Origin: Arcobacteraceae bacterium
GTDB taxonomy: Bacteria; Campylobacterota; Campylobacteria; Campylobacterales; Arcobacteraceae
Length of the DNA stretch: 64,000 bases
NCBI GenBank assembly: GCA_965224485.1
Contig: CBDCZH010000019.1
Span: forward strand, 96,001-160,000
Direction of reading: 5' to 3'
In this document: positions 10,559 to 19,749 of the stretch, in pieces
How the letters are laid out: the number at the start of each line of letters is the position of its first letter
Numbering within the stretch: position 1 is the stretch's first letter
Position numbers and translations under genes: made by a program
Notes under the pieces: model-generated
Told to the model about the DNA's origin: nothing
The model's database searches: none
Seen by the model: the letters and a program-made list of their open reading frames with translations, nothing else

Positions 10559-10939
10559 ATGCTACAAAATGAAATAACACAAGAGAATATAACTTTATTA
10601 GTTCACAACTTTTATTCAAAAGTTTTAAAAAATGATTCTATATCTCCTTTTTTTATTAAAAAACTAGGTAAAAATATGGAATCAAAAACATGGAAAAAAC
10701 ATCTTTTACTAATTAGTGATTTTTGGTTTACTATTTCTACAAAAAAAGGGACATATAATGGCTCACCTTTTGCACCTCATATGAAAATTGAAGGATTAAA
10801 AAGAGACTCTTTTGAAATATGGTTAAAACTTTTTTTTCAAACATTAGATGAAATTTTTATACAAAATATTGCAAATGCATTTAAGGAAAGAAGTTCACTA
10901 ATAGCTTCTAACTTTATGAGAAACCTAGCAATACAGTAA
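10559..10939 (+). CDS. Group III truncated hemoglobin
   Basis: FYSKV, WKKHL..ISDFW, YNGSPFAPH, FEIWLKLF. Confidence 0.88.
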   Translation: MLQNEITQENITLLVHNFYSKVLKNDSISPFFIKKLGKNMESKTWKKHLLLISDFWFTISTKKGTYNGSPFAPHMKIEGLKRDSFEIWLKLFFQTLDEIFIQNIANAFKERSSLIASNFMRNLAIQ

Positions 10940-11022
10940 AAAACTAAGAAAAAAAGAAAACTAATGCTTTGTACAAAACACACGTATTCTTATCTTATAT
11001 TTTATTTATTAAGCTATACTGA

Positions 11023-11031
11023 TGATATAAT
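11023..11031 (+). promoter_or_regulatory. Extended -10 promoter (TGnTATAAT) of the small basic protein gene
   Basis: TGATATAAT just upstream of an AAAGGAG RBS. Confidence 0.6.
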
Positions 11032-11049
11032 TTAAACAAAGGAGATAAA

Positions 11050-11151
11050 ATGGCAAAAGGTAAAGACGTTCAAAAAGCAGATAAAAAAGTACCTGCTAAA
11101 TCATTAAAAGAAAAAAGAGCTGATAAAAAAGCAAAAAAAGCTTCAAAATAA
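11050..11151 (+). CDS. Small Lys-rich basic protein, 33 aa; missing from the ORF track
   Basis: MAKGKDVQKADKKVPAKSLKEKRADKKAKKASK; strong RBS, promoter, downstream hairpin cctggta/taccagg (11177-11206). Confidence 0.8.
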   Translation: MAKGKDVQKADKKVPAKSLKEKRADKKAKKASK

Positions 11152-11263
11152 TTTATTAAAATAAAATCTATTTAAACCTGGTATTATCAAAATATTTATT
11201 ACCAGGAAGATTTTATTTTTAAAATAAACCTCTATATAAAAATTAGTTCTAAACTTAATACTT

Positions 11264-11620
11264 TTATTTACAAAAAGAAAAATTTTTATTTGAATAAGAA
11301 AATAGCTTATTTAGATAAATCAATCCATCATAATTATCTTCAAAACCAACAGTATCTCTGCTTTCATAAAAACCTAAGAACTTTATATAAACTTTTTGAT
11401 AAGGTCTTTTTCTAATATTTGCAAGATATAAAGATGTCTGTTCTATTACTCTTAAATCTTCACCATTTAACCAATATATTTTAGAATCATTACAAGGTTT
11501 AAAAGCTGATACTTCATGCCCATAAGTAAAATATCCCTCAAATTCAAGGTTTTTAGAACTAGAACAAGAAATAAACGATAATGGTATTAATAATAAAAAA
11601 TAATTAAAAAATATGTTCAT
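11264..11620 (-). CDS. Hypothetical lipoprotein (possibly NlpE C-terminal OB-fold-like)
   Basis: Lipobox FISC; GHEVSAFKPC motif; AGGAG RBS. Confidence 0.6.
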   Translation of the reverse strand: MNIFFNYFLLLIPLSFISCSSSKNLEFEGYFTYGHEVSAFKPCNDSKIYWLNGEDLRVIEQTSLYLANIRKRPYQKVYIKFLGFYESRDTVGFEDNYDGLIYLNKLFSYSNKNFSFCK

Positions 11621-11726
11621 ATTTTCTCCTATTATAAAATATATTATTTAGTAAATATATTTGTATTTTAATATAAATATTATAAAACTATATAAATTTA
11701 TTAGCTTATTTTGATATTATTCCATA

Positions 11727-13358
11727 ATGAATTTAAGTAATGAACAAATAAATATAATAAATGCAAAAGAAGACTCTTTTAAAATAAATGCAGTTGCGGG
11801 TAGTGGGAAAACAACTACACTTTTAGAATATGCAAAAAATAATAGCAACTTAAGAATTTTATATCTTGCATATAACAAATCTTTACAAGTATCAATTCAA
11901 GAAAAATTAAAAGAATATGAACCTTCTTGTATAAATCATATGAGAATAAGTACCATACATGCTTTAGCTTATAAATATACCAATGCATATCAGTATAAGC
12001 TCACACATGATTTAAAAATACAAGTAATAGAAAAATGTTTATGCCAATATGAGCAAGAAACAAATCAAAAAAACAACTATTTTCCAATAGCTGAATATAT
12101 TGCTTTGATAAAAGATTTGGTAAATTATTACTGTAATTCTTCTTTAATAGCTCTTGATTTAGAACTTTTAAAAAAGTACAAAAAACAAAGTGAATTAGGA
12201 GTAAAAATAATAAAACTCCTAGAAAATGATGAACAAAAAGCCTTAAATCATTTAAAACATATTTTAAGTGCAATGAAAAACAAAAAAATAGATGTTATTC
12301 ATGATTTTTATTTAAAAATGTTTTACTTAAATAAAAAAATTCTTAAAACCTTACCTTATGATTTAATCTTAGTAGATGAAGCACAAGATATTTCTGATGT
12401 TATGATTGCTATTATTGAAGAACAAAATTGTAGACGTATCTATATAGGTGATTCTTTTCAGCAAATATACTCATTTAGATACGCAATAAATGCTTTGCAT
12501 AAAATAGATTTACCTTCTTACACTTTATCAAAAAGTTTCAGGTTTGGAAATACATATGCCAAAGTTTTAGAAAATAATTTAAATGACTTATATAAACTCC
12601 AAACAAATAAACTTCTTAATATATCAGGAACTTCTAATATTACAAACGAAGGTAAAAATGTTATTAATTTAAATAAACCATATTGTGTAATAGCACGCTC
12701 AACTTTTGGTCTTATTCAAGAAATAGTACAATTATTAAAAAAAGATAAAAAAATATTTTTTGAAGGTGGATATAGTTCTTATTCATTTATGAATCAAACT
12801 GTTTATTCTCTTTTTTATCTAAAAGAAAAAAAGTTTGATAAAATTACCCTAAGTGAAATAAAAGAGTTTGACTCAATACAAGAACTAGAAGAATTCGCCA
12901 AAGATACAAAAAATCAAGACTTTTTAAATGTAATAAAATTTATAAATACCTATGGTGATAATATTTTTGATATAAACAAAAAAATAAAAGAAAAACTAAC
13001 AAATAAAAAAGAAGATGCAGATATAATTTTTACCACTACTCATAAATCAAAAGGTCAAGAATATGACCAAGTTATTATGGCAAATGATTTTATATCTAAA
13101 AAAGACATAACAAACCCAAAAAATAAAATGTCTTATACTCAAGTTATAGAAGAATTAAATATTTATTACGTAGCAGCAACAAGAGCAAAAAAAGCAATAC
13201 AACTAAGCTGTTTAAATACTACTTATACTTATGCCCAAAATGAACAAACAAAAACAATAGCTAATAAATATAAGAAAAAAACGACAAAGAAAAAGATGAA
13301 AAACTTACAAGAAGAATGGCTTGAAAATAATAGAGTTAAAAAAGATGCTATTTTTTAA
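11727..13358 (+). CDS. UvrD/FBH1-like superfamily 1 helicase
   Basis: AVAGSGKTT, DEAQD, GDSFQQIY, HKSKGQEYD, YVAATRAK. Confidence 0.9.
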   Translation: MNLSNEQINIINAKEDSFKINAVAGSGKTTTLLEYAKNNSNLRILYLAYNKSLQVSIQEKLKEYEPSCINHMRISTIHALAYKYTNAYQYKLTHDLKIQVIEKCLCQYEQETNQKNNYFPIAEYIALIKDLVNYYCNSSLIALDLELLKKYKKQSELGVKIIKLLENDEQKALNHLKHILSAMKNKKIDVIHDFYLKMFYLNKKILKTLPYDLILVDEAQDISDVMIAIIEEQNCRRIYIGDSFQQIYSFRYAINALHKIDLPSYTLSKSFRFGNTYAKVLENNLNDLYKLQTNKLLNISGTSNITNEGKNVINLNKPYCVIARSTFGLIQEIVQLLKKDKKIFFEGGYSSYSFMNQTVYSLFYLKEKKFDKITLSEIKEFDSIQELEEFAKDTKNQDFLNVIKFINTYGDNIFDINKKIKEKLTNKKEDADIIFTTTHKSKGQEYDQVIMANDFISKKDITNPKNKMSYTQVIEELNIYYVAATRAKKAIQLSCLNTTYTYAQNEQTKTIANKYKKKTTKKKMKNLQEEWLENNRVKKDAIF

Positions 13359-13380
13359 TTTTATTAAGAAGAAAAATATT

Positions 13381-14748
13381 TTACATTAAAATTGTTTGAT
13401 TTCGTCCATTCTCTTTTGCTTTATAAAGTGCTCTATCAACTCTTTGTAATAAATCATCAATATTTTCTTCTTTATTTTCTAAGGAAGTAAGACCAATACT
13501 CACAGATATTTTTATTGCTTTTTTATTTAAAAGTAAATCAGTATTATTTATGAGTTTTCGTAAATTTTCACAAATAATATAAGCACCTTCTTTATTCGTC
13601 ATTGGTAAAATCAAAATAAATTCTTCTCCACCCCATCTTGCAAACATATCACTATTTCTAATACTATTTTCACAAAGATTAGATAAATGCTGTAAAACTA
13701 AGTCCCCTACTTCATGACCATAAGAATCATTAACTTTTTTAAAAAAATCAATATCAAAAAAGCACAAAGAAAAATCACTTTTTTCTCTTTTACATAAGCT
13801 TATATACTTTTTCATAAAATCAAGAGCTGATCTTCTATTTGATAATTGAGTTAAAATATCAGTATTAGCCATTTTTTTAAGTGATTTATTTAAATTTTGA
13901 AGTTTTATTTTTTGAGTAAAAGATCTTTTTTCTAAATAAAATATAAAACATGAAGTTAGAAAAGCCAAAATGAAAATAATTCCTTGAACAATATACTTAT
14001 TAAAAGAATTTTTTTCAATATAATTAATTACTAAATGCCAATGCGCATTTGGAACTTTTATTGCATAAGATTTTGCATTACTATTTAGTTCTAATTTAGA
14101 CTGCATAATAACAGTACTATCTGGAAAATCTGGATTATTCCCATAAAGTTTAAATGCTAATTTAGACTTATCAAGTCCATGTAAAGATTTTTCTAAAATA
14201 TCACTTATATAAAGAATTGTTGTAGAAAATCCCCAAAATACACTTTTCCCATTTTTCATTTTTGAAATAGGTTTTCGTACAATCACAGCTAGTTTTTGAT
14301 TTTGTATAAGTTTTATTGGACCTATGAAAATTATTCCATTTCGTTCAATAGCCCTTAATGCCCCTGCTATTCTTTTAGGGTCAGATAAAAGATTATGTCC
14401 TATTGCTTTTTCATGATTTTTTAAAGGATATATATATTTTATAATACCATTGGGAGCTAGCTGAACAGCTTTTATTGAAGGAGTATTTTTTATAATCTCT
14501 TTTGCCCAATTCTCAAAGTTATTTGTTTTGAAATTATCAAGTCTTAACATAGATTCAAGAGTAGAGGTTGAAAGTATTCCCATAGTAATTTGTTGTTGAA
14601 CATTTTGAGCTATAACAAAACTAGCTGCATTTAAGGTATTATTTTGTTTTTCTTTTGCATATACATTTACAAAGTTTAGTATAAACTCACCCATAATTAA
14701 TAAAGAGATAAAGGTAAGCAAGGGATATAAAATTTTAGTCAAAAACAA
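13381..14748 (-). CDS. CHASE-domain diguanylate cyclase
   Basis: QLAPNGI..IYP, IGHNLL, GPIKLIQ; RNSD I-site followed by RWGGEEF. Confidence 0.9.
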   Translation of the reverse strand: MFLTKILYPLLTFISLLIMGEFILNFVNVYAKEKQNNTLNAASFVIAQNVQQQITMGILSTSTLESMLRLDNFKTNNFENWAKEIIKNTPSIKAVQLAPNGIIKYIYPLKNHEKAIGHNLLSDPKRIAGALRAIERNGIIFIGPIKLIQNQKLAVIVRKPISKMKNGKSVFWGFSTTILYISDILEKSLHGLDKSKLAFKLYGNNPDFPDSTVIMQSKLELNSNAKSYAIKVPNAHWHLVINYIEKNSFNKYIVQGIIFILAFLTSCFIFYLEKRSFTQKIKLQNLNKSLKKMANTDILTQLSNRRSALDFMKKYISLCKREKSDFSLCFFDIDFFKKVNDSYGHEVGDLVLQHLSNLCENSIRNSDMFARWGGEEFILILPMTNKEGAYIICENLRKLINNTDLLLNKKAIKISVSIGLTSLENKEENIDDLLQRVDRALYKAKENGRNQTILM

Positions 14749-14844
14749 CCTTTTTAAAAGATTACATTAGCTAAAAAAAGCTTATATACTTATAATAACT
14801 ACTTGTTTTATCTTAAAAAAAGTAGCACTTTAAAATACTTAAAA

Positions 14845-15807
14845 TTAAGTTTGGAACGTAAGTCTATAAATTTTAGGACTGAGTTTTTTGTATCTTTTAA
14901 AAAACCTACCAAAGTCTGAACTATTTGTGAAATGTAAAGATGAAGAAATTTCTTTAATACTCAAATTAGTATAACAAAGTTGATATTGTATTTCTTTTAT
15001 AATCCTTTTATGAATTAAAAAAAGAGCTGATTCATTTAGCTTATCTTTTATTGTTTCACTTAAGTGTTTTGAACTTATTCCTAAAAGAGAAGCATACTCT
15101 TGTACTGATTTTTTCTTTTGAAAGTTTTCTTCAATTAAGGCTAAAAATTGTTTTGATATTTGATTTGACCTAGTATTTATTTCTATACTTAGGCTTGAAT
15201 TTTTCTCACGTTTTAAAAGATATAAAATTTGTAAAAGCAATGTTTTTGAATATTCTTTATAATCAATTTTTTTATCCTTATATTCAATATTTAAGAGCTT
15301 AAAAAGACTAAATATTTGGAAATAAGATTCTTCGTTCAATTGTCTTGGTTTAAAATCTTTTGAAAAAGACTCTAAAAGTTCTTTATTATTAGAGTTAGTG
15401 GAAACTAAAAAATCATATTCAAAAAAAATAATTAAAGATTCACATTCAGTACTAATATCTTCAAATGAATAAATAGTCCCAGGAAGAACCAAATGCAAGG
15501 AGTGTTCGTTTGCTTCATTAGAATATTGATTAATATGTCTTCGTGATGTGCCTTTAAGATTTAGAATAAGAATATAAGGTGAGCAACAAATAGGAATAGA
15601 TTGTTTTTTTTTACCTTTATTTTGTAAAATAACAAAATCTTTAGCTTCAAAATCTTTGGAATAAGTATTCATTCCATAAAGAGGATTCTTTTCATATATA
15701 TTTTTATAAATATTAAGACTGTTTGATATATTCATTAATGGCAAAGAACCCTTGCGTCTTAGTTCCGAAAAACAAGTACTTTGTGTTCTATCTTTGTATT
15801 TATTCAT
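14845..15807 (-). CDS. AraC-family transcriptional regulator
   Basis: C-terminal double HTH: SVQEYASLLGISSKHL, FGRFFKR. Confidence 0.9.
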   Translation of the reverse strand: MNKYKDRTQSTCFSELRRKGSLPLMNISNSLNIYKNIYEKNPLYGMNTYSKDFEAKDFVILQNKGKKKQSIPICCSPYILILNLKGTSRRHINQYSNEANEHSLHLVLPGTIYSFEDISTECESLIIFFEYDFLVSTNSNNKELLESFSKDFKPRQLNEESYFQIFSLFKLLNIEYKDKKIDYKEYSKTLLLQILYLLKREKNSSLSIEINTRSNQISKQFLALIEENFQKKKSVQEYASLLGISSKHLSETIKDKLNESALFLIHKRIIKEIQYQLCYTNLSIKEISSSLHFTNSSDFGRFFKRYKKLSPKIYRLTFQT

Positions 15808-15847
15808 AGTTTTTCCTATTTAAGCTTATTTTAGCAAAAATAATTTT

Positions 15848-15887
15848 AGTATAAGTATAAAGTTTCTTCAAACTTTATACTTATACT
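15848..15887. terminator. Perfect 18-bp inverted repeat after the DoxX gene; probable terminator
   Basis: agtataagtataaagttt-cttc-aaactttatacttatact. Confidence 0.6.
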
Positions 15888-15891
15888 TGTC

Positions 15892-16269
15892 CTATGCTTT
15901 AAAAAGTAATTCATATGCTTTTTTATTCTTATACATAACAATTAAAAGTGAAAATACAATAAAAGCAGAAGGAGTAATTCCATTCATATCTAAAAATAGA
16001 TGTGCCAAAAGTGCATTAAGCATAAAAGGGAAAAGAATAACTGCCATTAAAGAAGTATATTTATTAAGTAAAAAAGAAATACCTGTTATTATTTCAACAA
16101 TAGCCATAAAAGGAAAGATATATTTCGTTTTATATACTGCTGTCCCAAAAGCTGCCATTTGCTCATTAGCTGGAGGCATTTGCAAAAATTGCAAAAACCC
16201 GTTTAATCCAAATACTATTACTAATAATCCAGCAAGTATTTGTATACCTAAAATTATTTTTGTTTTCAT
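15892..16269 (-). CDS. DoxX-family membrane protein
   Basis: 4 TM segments; FGLNGFLQF, VEIITG, LNALLAH. Confidence 0.8.
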   Translation of the reverse strand: MKTKIILGIQILAGLLVIVFGLNGFLQFLQMPPANEQMAAFGTAVYKTKYIFPFMAIVEIITGISFLLNKYTSLMAVILFPFMLNALLAHLFLDMNGITPSAFIVFSLLIVMYKNKKAYELLFKA

Positions 16270-16562
16270 GTTTTTCCTTTAGTGAAGAAATCTTCGTTTT
16301 TATGAAGATAAGTTTAACATCAAAAAGAATATATACAAAGAGCAAAAAAGCACAATTATATGCAAAAACACGGAAATGATAAGAAAATAATGAAAAAAAC
16401 TACTATTTTATACACTAAATTATAAATTTAATATATTTTCTTAAATTTTTAATTATCTGAGAACTTACCCTAAGGTATGGTATGATTATTCAAAGGATAA
16501 TAATAAAAAATTCATAAATATTTTTTAGATTTATTTTTAAACTCAAATTAATAAGGGAAAAA

Positions 16563-16991
16563 ATGGTTGAAAGTATTTTCACCTTTTATATATTTATAAT
16601 AATGTCAGCAATAGCAAAGATTCACGTATATTGGCTAAGAGGTGGTTATTGGCCAGGAAAAGATAAAAATGATTTAGTAAATAAAGTTTTACAAAAAGGA
16701 GAAGTTTTTCCTTCGTTGTTAGCTTGTATCTTTGTAATTATTATATTTGTAATAATAGCCATTTTCCCACTTATTTCATATCTGAAAATTGAACTTGGAG
16801 TATTTAATGCTTATATAGAATATATTTATTTATTTTTTGCAAGTATATTTTTATTAAGAGCAGCACTTGTTTTTATTCCAAATATGAAAAATAAAGCACA
16901 TAAACTTTTTATTCTTTATAATAAAAAGTATTATTCACCTCTTTGTTTTTCTCTATGTATCTCTTATTTTATTTTATATTTAAATTATTAA
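16563..16991 (+). CDS. DUF3995-like membrane protein
   Basis: HVYWLRGGYWPG and YSPLC motifs. Confidence 0.7.
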   Translation: MVESIFTFYIFIIMSAIAKIHVYWLRGGYWPGKDKNDLVNKVLQKGEVFPSLLACIFVIIIFVIIAIFPLISYLKIELGVFNAYIEYIYLFFASIFLLRAALVFIPNMKNKAHKLFILYNKKYYSPLCFSLCISYFILYLNY

Positions 16992-17005
16992 AAGAAAGGA
17001 AGAAT

Positions 17006-17341
17006 TTGATAAAAGAATTTATGATATTTTTTTTAGCAGCATTTTTTGAAATTATAGGTTGTTATAGTTTTTTCTTAGTTTTTAAAGAAGGAAAAACTTC
17101 ATTTTTTATAGGTATTGGTATAATTTCATTAATTTCATTTGCTTATTTATTAACAAAAATAAACCTAGAATTTGCTGGTAGAATATATGTAATTTATGGT
17201 GGTATTTATATTATATCATCACTTGCCTGGTTATATTTTGTAGAAAAGCAACTTTTTAATAAGTGGGATATTAGTGGATCACTTATAATTTTTATAGGAA
17301 TTTGTATAATTCTATTTGGAAATCAAAAAGTTTTAGTTTAA
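17006..17341 (+). CDS. YnfA (UPF0060) family membrane protein; TTG start at 17006
   Basis: AAFFEIIGCY, AGRIYVIYGGIYI, KWDISG; AAGGA RBS. Confidence 0.85.
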   Translation: MIKEFMIFFLAAFFEIIGCYSFFLVFKEGKTSFFIGIGIISLISFAYLLTKINLEFAGRIYVIYGGIYIISSLAWLYFVEKQLFNKWDISGSLIIFIGICIILFGNQKVLV

Positions 17342-17346
17342 ATTAT

Positions 17347-17399
17347 ATACTAACAATAAATATGCTTTATATCTAGTAGAAAAATATTATTGTTAGTAT
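17347..17399. terminator. Probable bidirectional terminator
   Basis: 13-bp inverted repeat atactaacaataa/ttattgttagtat between convergent genes. Confidence 0.5.
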
Positions 17400-17412
17400 T
17401 TTATTTAGAAAC

Positions 17413-18345
17413 TTAGGACTTAGTATTATTTGCAATTCCAAAAGGTATATGAACCATAGGAATATTACCTTCTTTAGATTGCAAATGACCTTTTTGATCA
17501 TCAAAGAACATATGTGGCTTTATTCTTGATAAGATTCTATCTTTATCCATACCACCTAAAAAAAATATTTCATTTGCACTTACTCCCCAATGTTCAAGTG
17601 TTGTTATTACACGTTCATGTGCAGGGGCATTTCTAGCTGTTACAATAGAAGTTCTTATTATACGTTTATAGTTTTTGTCTATTTCTACCTCAAGATCTTC
17701 AAGTTTTTGTAAAGAAGATAGTTTTTTAAATAAATCGGCTAAAGGTCCAGATTGATGTGGAATATCAGACTTAGAAACTTCATATTCATAAAAATCTGGG
17801 AGTTTTCCATTTTGAAAAATTGATTCAGCTTCATCATCAGCAATAACTCCATCAAAATCAAAAGCAATTCTTAACTCTTCATCTCCCTCATCATTAACTA
17901 TTGCGCTTGGAAGAACAACACCAGCAGGATATCCTGCGTCAATTGCATTTTTGACATCTAACTCATTTGCAGATAAGAAAAGTGAAGCATTAAATGCTGG
18001 TACATATTCATATGGTGATTTACCTTCCATAAAGGCTGCTCTTGAGATATTTAAACCATAATAATTAATAGATCTAAATACTCTCTTACCCGTTACTGCT
18101 GAATTTCTAGATAATAAAACAACTTCTACAGGTAATTGTTCTTTAAATCTATTATTAATATTAAGAAACCTCTTAATAAAAGGAAAAGCCACACCTTTTT
18201 TCAATACTTTATTTAAGTTTTTTTCTTGAAATTCTTTATACGCTTTTGCACCTTTTTCTTCAAATACAGTATTAGATTCAGATAAGTCAAAAAGTGCACT
18301 AGATGCTACTGCAATTACTAACTTTTTTTCTATTGGATATGCCAT
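17413..18345 (-). CDS. 5'-nucleotidase (cytosolic 5'-nucleotidase I-like, HAD family)
   Basis: LVIAVASSALFDL, LRIAFDFDGVI, VTARNAPAHER, FFDDQ. Confidence 0.9.
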   Translation of the reverse strand: MAYPIEKKLVIAVASSALFDLSESNTVFEEKGAKAYKEFQEKNLNKVLKKGVAFPFIKRFLNINNRFKEQLPVEVVLLSRNSAVTGKRVFRSINYYGLNISRAAFMEGKSPYEYVPAFNASLFLSANELDVKNAIDAGYPAGVVLPSAIVNDEGDEELRIAFDFDGVIADDEAESIFQNGKLPDFYEYEVSKSDIPHQSGPLADLFKKLSSLQKLEDLEVEIDKNYKRIIRTSIVTARNAPAHERVITTLEHWGVSANEIFFLGGMDKDRILSRIKPHMFFDDQKGHLQSKEGNIPMVHIPFGIANNTKS

Positions 18346-18552
18346 ATTATTCCTTTAATAGTATTATTTATAATTAAAATAAAAGATATTACTGTCATTT
18401 ATTTTTCTAAAATTATAACAAAAATTAAGCAAAATTCACTTAATTATTAAATTGAAGTGGATAATTAAAATACATAGGTAAGATAAAGTTAAACTAAAAG
18501 ATTTATATAAAAGTACTTATATAAGTATTATATTTTTAAATAAAATAATAAG

Positions 18553-18591
18553 AAATAAAGCTAAAGTAAACAGGCACCATTAATATATTAA
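18553..18591 (+). repeat. Left copy of ~40-bp direct repeat bounding the DCCP island; also the left arm of an inverted repeat with 18629-18651
   Basis: 35/40 identical to 28255-28294 by manual alignment; 21/23 match to the reverse complement of 18629-18651. Confidence 0.75.
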
Positions 18592-18662
18592 ATGCAAAGA
18601 ACAGCATGAAACTAAGCAAATATTAAAAGGTTCCTGTTTACTTTATCTTTATGACTTTTTAT

Positions 18663-18696
18663 ATGATACAGAAAATGTGTCACAGTTTGTGTCACA
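18663..18696 (-). promoter_or_regulatory. Tandem TGTGACACA boxes followed by TATCAT -10; candidate regulator-dependent promoter
   Basis: TGTGTCACA at 18676-18684 and 18688-18696 on +; -10-like hexamer at 18668-18663. Confidence 0.45.
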
Positions 18697-19066
18697 AAAA
18701 TTTCATTTTTGATGAAATTATAAAATCTTTTATTTTAAGAGTATTTAATTTTAATTTCTACTCTTATTCATCATCTCCATATCATAAACTCTGAACTATT
18801 TTTAAGATGATAATCTAGTTACTTTATTATTACTGAATGTTATAATTTTTTATTATTAAATATTTAATTATTAGTAAATCTCTATATAAACTTAAAATAT
18901 AATACTAATTTAACAATTAATTTACACTTCTTTTGTATTATGTATAAAAAAAGGGAAAAGATGTATAAAAAAATTATTTTTAAGCACTTGAATTTCATAT
19001 ATTGACTACAAATGTATATAAAGCAAGTAATTTTTTAAAAATATATGAAATTAGAAAAGAGATATA

Positions 19067-19726
19067 TTGGAACTAACAACACTGTTTTCTATTTTTATTA
19101 TAGGTTTATCTTACGGAGCAACAGCATGTATGTTTTCTTGCATGCCCTTTCTTAGTCCTTTACTAGTTAGTAATTCAAATAATACAAAACAAGCTTTGGG
19201 AATTATTATACCTTTTAGTTTAGGAAGAATTTTTTCTTATACATTAATAGCAATTATTGCATATCTTAGTTCATCTTTAGTAAAAGAAGTTCTTGATAAT
19301 AATAGTTTATTTAGTATTATTTTAGGAATTAGCACAATCTTTATGGGAATTTTTTTAATATATAAAAGTTATAAGTCCCCTATTTCATGTGGACATTCAA
19401 AATCATTAGTAAAAAAACCAAAATTAAATAAAATTGGTTTTTTTACTATTGGGGCAACAATGTCAGTAAATCCTTGTGCTCCAATTATGGCACTTCTTTC
19501 AGTTGCCCTTAATAGTAACTCTTTTTATAATGCAGCTGCTTTAGGTCTATTTTTTGGACTAGGTGCAGTTATCTTTTCTATCATTTTTTATGGATTTATA
19601 ATATCAAAAATGATTAAAGGATTAATGGCTCAATTTTCATCTTATAAGTTATATATAGAACGACTAGCTGCTATTTTATTAATAATTGTAGGTGTATTAG
19701 TATTAAATGGTGTTTTAATACTTTAA
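19067..19726 (+). CDS. DsbD_2/UreH/TauE-like membrane protein
   Basis: About 6 TM segments; CMFSCMP, FSLGRIFSY, NPCAP, FGLG motifs. Confidence 0.75.
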   Translation: MELTTLFSIFIIGLSYGATACMFSCMPFLSPLLVSNSNNTKQALGIIIPFSLGRIFSYTLIAIIAYLSSSLVKEVLDNNSLFSIILGISTIFMGIFLIYKSYKSPISCGHSKSLVKKPKLNKIGFFTIGATMSVNPCAPIMALLSVALNSNSFYNAAALGLFFGLGAVIFSIIFYGFIISKMIKGLMAQFSSYKLYIERLAAILLIIVGVLVLNGVLIL

Positions 19727-19749
19727 TTTAAAAAAAAACAGGAAATATA

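Noticed and set aside
15887..16282. 131-aa plus-strand ORF
   Set aside because: Antisense to the DoxX gene, which has the RBS and family motifs.
16463..16489. TACC-N4-GGTA dyad upstream of the DUF3995-like gene as a MerR operator
   Set aside because: Dyad is short, there is no convincing -35 and no merR gene in the window.
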